NCBI GenBank assembly: GCA_951406725.2
Contig: OX597822.1
Span: forward strand, 38,006,001 to 38,070,000
Source of the DNA: Octopus vulgaris
Taxonomy: Eukaryota
Direction: 5' to 3'
DNA length: 64,000 nt
The notes below the pieces were generated by a model. That model had not been told where the DNA came from and made no database searches. It worked only from the letters and a program-made list of their open reading frames with translations. The number at the start of each line of letters is the position of its first letter. The stretch's first letter is position 1. The translations under genes and the position numbers were made by a program. Of this stretch, positions 57,578-64,000 are shown piece by piece.

Positions 57578-58045
57578 TATATATTCACACAAATACACGT
57601 GTACATATGTAAGTGTGTGTGCAAGCGAACGTGTATTTGTGCATGTGTGGGCGCGCATGTGGATGTGTTTGTGTGCGTGTGTGTGAATATATTCGACCGC
57701 GTGAGCGCACGAGCGTGTGTCTGTCTGTGTAGACTATTTGTGTATAAGTAACGAGTTGCACAAACGCGCCTGCACGCGTATTCGCGCGCGCATGTGTATA
57801 TTTTTTCCTTCTTTTTCCAGGCTTACACGGAGGAAGAACCGCTTGATTAACCTGATTATACGTTACTATAACATTCCATTCTTGTATCGACGACTTGTAT
57901 CCATGTTATAAAAGCAAAGAAATAATTGCTATTGTGTTTAGCTGTACGAACGGATGATTGTGTGCAGACGTACTCCTGAGAAGCGGACATTTTGTTTCGC
58001 TACAGACTCATACATACATCTGTGTACATGTATGTATGTGTGTAT

Positions 58046-58095
<50 letters not shown>

Positions 58096-58362
58096 TAACA
58101 AACATGAATTTTAAATAAATGTGTTTATTGTAATCATATCTTTTATTTTCTCTTATACTTGTTTCTGTCATAAGATTTGCGGCCATGTTGGGGCACCCCC
58201 TTGACGGGTTTAGTCGAACAAATCGAGTCCAGTACTTATTTTTAAAGCTTGGTTCTTATTCTAGGGTTCTCTTTTGTCGAACTGTTAAGTAAGTTTGGTT
58301 CTCAAGCTATGGCAAATGACAAACTCAAACACACGCGCGCACACACACACACAGATATATAT

Positions 58363-58393
<31 letters not shown>

Positions 58394-58398
<5 letters not shown>

Positions 58399-59240
58399 GA
58401 TGCGGTGAATAATAAACTGTCGTCTAAATTACGCAAAAATGGACTAAATTACGCAAAAATAACACTGACATCTCATTTTAACAAATATATTTACCAAAGT
58501 TGCATTAAAAGATCTCGAAATACTAAAGAATAAATTCATTCAATAAAATCGCCATTGGCTTCAACCACAACCTCTAAACCACTTCGGAATATTCTGCAAC
58601 TCTTCTGGATAGTCTCCTTGTTTAGGTTGATGAATGCTGCCATAATCCTTGCCTTCATTTCATCTTTGGTGTTACAAGGAGTTTTGTTGGTCTCTCACTG
58701 AACTGCATCCCATACACAATAAGCAAGGGCATTGCAGTTTGGAGAGTTAAGAGGCTCTGACAGCCACGACTGGGTTCTCCGGCTTGTGTGACATGGTGCA
58801 GAGTCCCGTTGCCAGACATAGCGTCTTCCAACAGCCACCCTCTTGACCCAGAGCAGCACTACCAGGCACATGATGTAGGCCTTCGTGTTGAGTGTGAGAC
58901 CGTGCGGCAAGATGAATGGAGGCATAACTTCGCCATCAATAGTGATCACTCCAAACACCATGATGTTGACCGGATGTTTGATTTTTATCATTCTCGCTTC
59001 ATGTCCTCAGAATGATACCCAAACACTCTGAAATGTTCGTATTAGAGCTTCCGGCGAGAATGCCAAGCAGTACAGCATGTCGTTTCCAAATTTTTGGCAG
59101 AGTAAATTGCACCATGGTGCTGTTTTTCGCACAGACGGTGTCTAACTGACCTTACTATACTGTGTAGTCGACAAAATCAAAAACAAATAATGCGCATGCG
59201 TGGAATTAAAAATATAAAATGACGACAATTTACCCATCTC
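58394..59240 (-). mobile_element. DD37D/maT deletion derivative, copy 2
   Basis: ORF 58695-58991 KHPVNIMVFGVITIDGEVMPPFILPHGL...WQRDSAPCHTSRRTQSWL; collinear with copy 1. Confidence 0.8.
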
Positions 59241-59260
59241 AGCTAATATATATATACATG

Positions 59261-59303
<43 letters not shown>

Positions 59304-59892
59304 CACAAATATGTATATACGCCTAGCCCTTTTCAGTTTCCGCCTACTAAATCTACTTACAAAGCTTCGGCTGGCCCCGGACTCTATAGGAAACACTTGT
59401 TGAAGATGCAGTGCAGTGGGGCTGAACCCGGAATCACGTACTTTGCAACCAAACGTCTTATCACACAGTAACGACAATATTTTTAATAATTATTTAAATT
59501 TTGGCACAAGACCAGCTATTTGAAGGGAAGGAAGTTAGTCGAGTACATTTACCTTAGTATTTAACTGGTACTTTTTTCATGGACCCCGAAAAAATTGAAG
59601 GCAAAGTCGATCTCGGCGGAATTTTAACTTAGAACATAAAGTGCCGGAAGATATGCCCCTAAGCATTTTGTCCGACACACGAACGATTCAGTTATCTCAC
59701 CACCTTTACAATGTTTTTGGTAAATAATCAATATGGTAAAAATATAATCTGATTCATTAGATCGCAGTACCTTCAGTAGCTGAGAGCGGGAAATCAGCTA
59801 TCATGTGGTCCATGTACTTATGAATACTGAACAGGGTCGCTCACAACATCTTCTCAAGTACTAAAGTTACAAAATAAAAACACACGTAAATA

Positions 59893-60147
59893 TTATACTG
59901 AAAATAAAGGATATCTAGAACGCAGAATAGCTGTGAAAACAACTTAGAAGATCGGGTAAATATCCATAGAAGACCGCTGAGCCGCCACTGTACCTCTTAA
60001 ATTCGAGTGGAAATTTGAGAGACACAGATTAGAGTCTCTGTAGCGGCTTGCTGGTCAATTTTTCCGTCTTCTAAAGGTATTTACCTGATCTTTTAAGCTG
60101 TTTTCACAGCTAATCTGCGTTTGAGATTTCCATTATTTTCTGTAAAA
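59893..60147. mobile_element. Foldback MITE / long imperfect hairpin
   Basis: ~80-bp arms ...aacgcagaatagctgtgaaaacaacttagaagatcgggtaaata... and ...tatttacctgatcttttaagctgttttcacagctaatctgcgtt..., with further pairing inside. Confidence 0.75.
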
Positions 60148-60310
60148 TACTAAACAACTTAGGGCTTCTATTTGTTTGTTTTTTTATAAAAAAATGTACA
60201 GACATAAATAAATTAGTTTAGTGACGTAAAATCATTTACGACCAGAAAATTATTAACAAAAGCAGCAACGCTGTGTCGCTTCCATAAATACGTAACTGGA
60301 AAATATAGAC

Positions 60311-60570
60311 AGGCGCAGATATGGCTAGGTGGTTAAGAGGCTTGCTTTACAACAAAATATTTTGGGGTTCAGTCCCACTGCGTGGCACCGAGTTCATCGA
60401 TACACTTGTGAGTGGATTTGATTGACGGAAACTGTGGAAACCCGTCATATATATGTATGTGTGTGTGTACCGTTTGCGCTTGTTCGCCAGCACCGCTTGA
60501 TAACGATGTTGGTTTGTTTACGTCCCATAAAAAGAGAAATCGATAGAATAAGTACCAGGCTTTAGAAATG
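60311..60570 (+). mobile_element. SINE family A
   Basis: aggcgcagatatggctaggtggttaagaggcttgc...ggggttcagtcccactgcgtggcacc...gatagaataagtaccaggctt. Confidence 0.8.
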
Positions 60571-60695
60571 ATTAGCAGCACATGGTAATCTTTTTTAAAA
60601 GCCTTGTACATATTCAATGTTTCTCTTGCCACACTTCAAGATTATGGGGACGTGAACAAACCAACATCGGTTACCATACATTCTCTCTCCCCGTA

Positions 60696-60742
<47 letters not shown>

Positions 60743-60912
60743 GAGCGCGCGGAAGTAAGCATATAAATGCAGAACAAGGTGGAAGAAAATAGTAGTCGAA
60801 TACAGAAGGTAGAGTAATATGTGTTTTATTAAAGCCGAAAAAATCTTCACAAACTCTTAGTATTTCATGTCACCGTTCGTCGGACAGCTGTGATCATAAC
60901 TATATGTATATG

Positions 60913-61776
60913 CACAGTGCGGTAAACAAACTGTCCTCTAAATTATGCAAAAATGAAAATAACACTGATATCTCATTCTAACAGGTATATATATTTACCA
61001 AAATTACATTAAAATATCTTGAAATACTAGAGAGTAAATATATTCAATAAAATCGCCATTGGCTTCAACCACAGCCTGCAGACGACTTCGGAATCTCCTT
61101 CAACTGATGTTCTCCTTGTTTAAGTTGGTGAATGATGCCATAATCCTTGCCTTCAGTTCATCTTTGGTGTCACAAGGAGTTTTGTTGGTCTCTTGCTCAA
61201 CTGTGCCCCACACATAATAATCAAGGGCATTTCAGTCTGGGGAGTTAGGTGGTCAGATGTTAGGGGTGATGTGGTCGCAGAACCATGACAGAGCTTTCCT
61301 GCTTGTTTGGCATGGTGCAGAGACCTGTTGCCAGACACAGGGTATTCCAGCAGCCACCCTCTAGACCCAGGGCAGCACTACCTCCTCCAGGCACTTGATG
61401 TAGGCCTACGTGTTGAGTGTAAGGCCGTGTGAGAAGATGAATGGAGGCATAACATCGCCATCAATAGTGATCACTCCAGACACCATGATATTGACTGAAT
61501 GTTTGATTCTTATCACTATCGGTACATTTCCTCAAATTGCACTGTCCTCAAATTGACACCCAAACACTCTGAAAAGTTCGCACTGGAGCTTCCGGTGCGA
61601 ATACCAAGCAGTACAGCATGTCGTTTCCAATTTTCTGGCAGTGTGAAATGTGTTATGGCGCTGTTTTTCTCACAGACGGTGCCCAACTGACCCTACGATA
61701 CTGTGTAGTCGACAAAATCAAGAACAAACAATGCACATGCACGAAATTAAAAACATAGTGTCGACAGTTTACCCAT
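60913..61776 (-). mobile_element. DD37D/maT deletion derivative, copy 3
   Basis: Collinear with copies 1 and 2; retains PPNSPD*NALDYYVWG. Confidence 0.8.
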
Positions 61777-61829
61777 TGTGTGTGTGTGTGTGTAGATAGA
61801 GGGACAGACAGACAGACAAACAGACAGAC

Positions 61830-61915
<86 letters not shown>

Positions 61916-62056
61916 GCAGGCAGACAGATGACAGGAATACTGGCCTGCTTGTCTAGCCAGCGGAGTGGCGTCATTCGAAGGCTAAAACGATACAAAGGCG
62001 CATTGTGACCAGCGACGTGTAACAACATTCGATTGTCAGGTTGATCACATAATCAT

Positions 62057-62093
<37 letters not shown>

Positions 62094-62205
62094 TGAGATA
62101 AAGACCTATACATGTGTGTGCGTATATGTTTACATATACATATATATATGTGTATGTTTACATACATACGTATATATATATATATATATATACGTATGTA
62201 TGTAA

Positions 62206-63528
62206 ACATCTGTCCCTTTCTCTTGTCTTTTGTTCTCACGTGACCGCTGACCGCTGTTGAGCGCTCTTTTCGTTCCAGCAGCCGTTGAAGCAACACGTAC
62301 TTGTTCGTCTCCCTGTGGCCATTAGGCACAACTTCATAAGCCAGCCCCATGCTCAATTCGTCCTGTCGAAAGACCCTTGTCCTACGTCCTGGTTTTGTTT
62401 TGTTGTTTATTTTTTATACTTTATTTTTACCGTTATTGTTTTTACGTTTTTGTATTCTTATTGTTGTCACGTATTCTGTATTTTTGTTCGTGTACTTCGT
62501 TCGTTTTCCGTCCTCGTGTTGTATACATTCGAAGCTTTCTTCCAGGGGATCTAATGCACTTGGCTTAGATTTCCCGTGGCGGGCTGCCCATATCGGAGCA
62601 ATCTCAAGATTAATCAGCCGAAATTGCTAAGATGATCTGGTTCTTGACTGATGACTGAGGGCTTCGAATGTCCCGTCCTGTGGTTCTTGTGTCGTCTCTG
62701 TGGCGTTTCATGTTCTTGTCCATGTCTGTAATTATTTTTACTGTTTACCTATATAATCGGCGGCTACGTATCCACAATTGTCCTTATACGATAAGTATAT
62801 TTTTTCTCAAGCATTGATACGACTCTTAATCTTTCTTTCTCTCTCTCTCTCCCCCTTATTCCCCCTCCTTTCTTTCCCTCTCCATCCGTTTCCCCCCCCT
62901 TCTACGTTTCTCTATCTCTCTCACCTCCAGCCCCCTCGATCTGTCTCTTTCTTCTCCTCCCTCGTCCACCTTCTCTCTCTTTTCATCTGTCCCTTTCTCT
63001 TGTCTTTTGTTCTCACGTGACCGCTGACCGCTGTTGAGCGCTCTTTTCGTTCCAGCAGCCGTTGAAGCAACACGTACTTGTTCGTCTCCCTGTGGCCATT
63101 AGGCACAACTTCATAAGCCAGCCCCATGCTCAATTCGTCCTGTCGAAAGACCCTTGTCCTACGTCCTGGTTTTGTTTTGTTGTTTATTTTTTATACTTTA
63201 TTTTTACCGTTATTGTTTTTACGTTTTTGTATTCTTATTGTTGTCACATATTCTGTATTTTTGTTCGTGTACTTCGTTCGTTTTCCGTCCTCGTGTTGTA
63301 TACATTCGAAGCTTTCTTCCAGGGGATCTAATGCACTTGGCTTAGATTTCCCGTGGCGGGCTGCCCATATCGGAGCAATCTCAAGATTAATCAGCCGAAA
63401 TTGCTAAGATGATCTGGTTCTTGACTGATGACTGAGGGCTTCGAATGTCCCGTCCTGTGGTTCTTGTGTCGTCTCTGTGGCGTTTCATGTTCTTGTCCAT
63501 GTCTGTAATTATTTTTACTGTTTACCTA
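62206..63528. mobile_element. Young partial-tandem non-coding element (777-bp period) between AT-rich microsatellites
   Basis: 62206-62755 recurs almost identically at +777 (62983-63532); duplicated ORF pairs 62285/63062, 62349/63126 and 62377/63154 differ by at most one residue. Confidence 0.8.
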
Positions 63529-63809
63529 TATATATATATATATATATATATTATGCATACATGTATACGTATGCGTGTGCGTGTGTGTAGGGAGCGTAAG
63601 CTTATGATTACCTCATTCTGCAACTTGATCTCCATGTACTCGCACGCACACACAAAAATGCACACCCACACATACATGCTTGCACGCACACATACAGACA
63701 CGGGCGCACATGCCAATACATGCTTACAGCAATTAAATGCATGCACTTGCTAATACAATAATTGTCATTCGTTTCTGCTGACACTTATACACGTTTTTGT
63801 GTATATATA

Positions 63810-63869
<60 letters not shown>

Positions 63870-64000
63870 CATTCAATTCTGCTTAATTGGTGACCGGATG
63901 ATTGCATAATTCGATTAATGACGTAACTTTTTCAATAAAGGGATTCTTGAAGCTTCCGTTTTCGCGATCGGTTATATTGACAATGTACATTTATATAATA

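Noticed and set aside
60848-60892. Minus-strand CCGACGA...GAAAT hammerhead-like remnant
   Set aside because: The CUGANGA box is mutated and stems pair poorly
62610-62670. GAAA...CTGATGA as a type II hammerhead
   Set aside because: Stems I to III cannot be formed in register with the core

Overview
AT-rich eukaryotic (metazoan) non-genic or intronic DNA. The very dense (TA)n/(CA)n/(CATA)n/(TC)n microsatellites and the SINE families suggest an octopus/cephalopod genome; this is inference, not a database match. No host protein-coding gene is recognisable, and almost all listed ORFs are microsatellite translations. The window is a transposon graveyard: three tRNA-type SINE families, LINE remnants (RTE, R4/Dong-like, CR1/Jockey-like, CRE-like, Naiad-like Penelope with GIY-YIG), a full-length decayed Tc1, three DD37D/maT deletion derivatives, a Chapaev3-like remnant, hAT and mariner MITEs and a probable solo LTR. 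The main observation is a set of apparently non-coding elements, mostly flanked by (TA)n, carrying type I hammerhead ribozyme motifs: about eight intact-looking cores plus several degenerate ones. Many have a palindromic minimal stem III and an unusually long stem II insert. Three elements (6338-7119, 44422-46173, 50114-51494) share a Penelope-like layout of a sense ribozyme copy plus an upstream inverted copy. One contains a 536-nt ribozyme-to-ribozyme tandem unit resembling a retrozyme/circular-RNA monomer.
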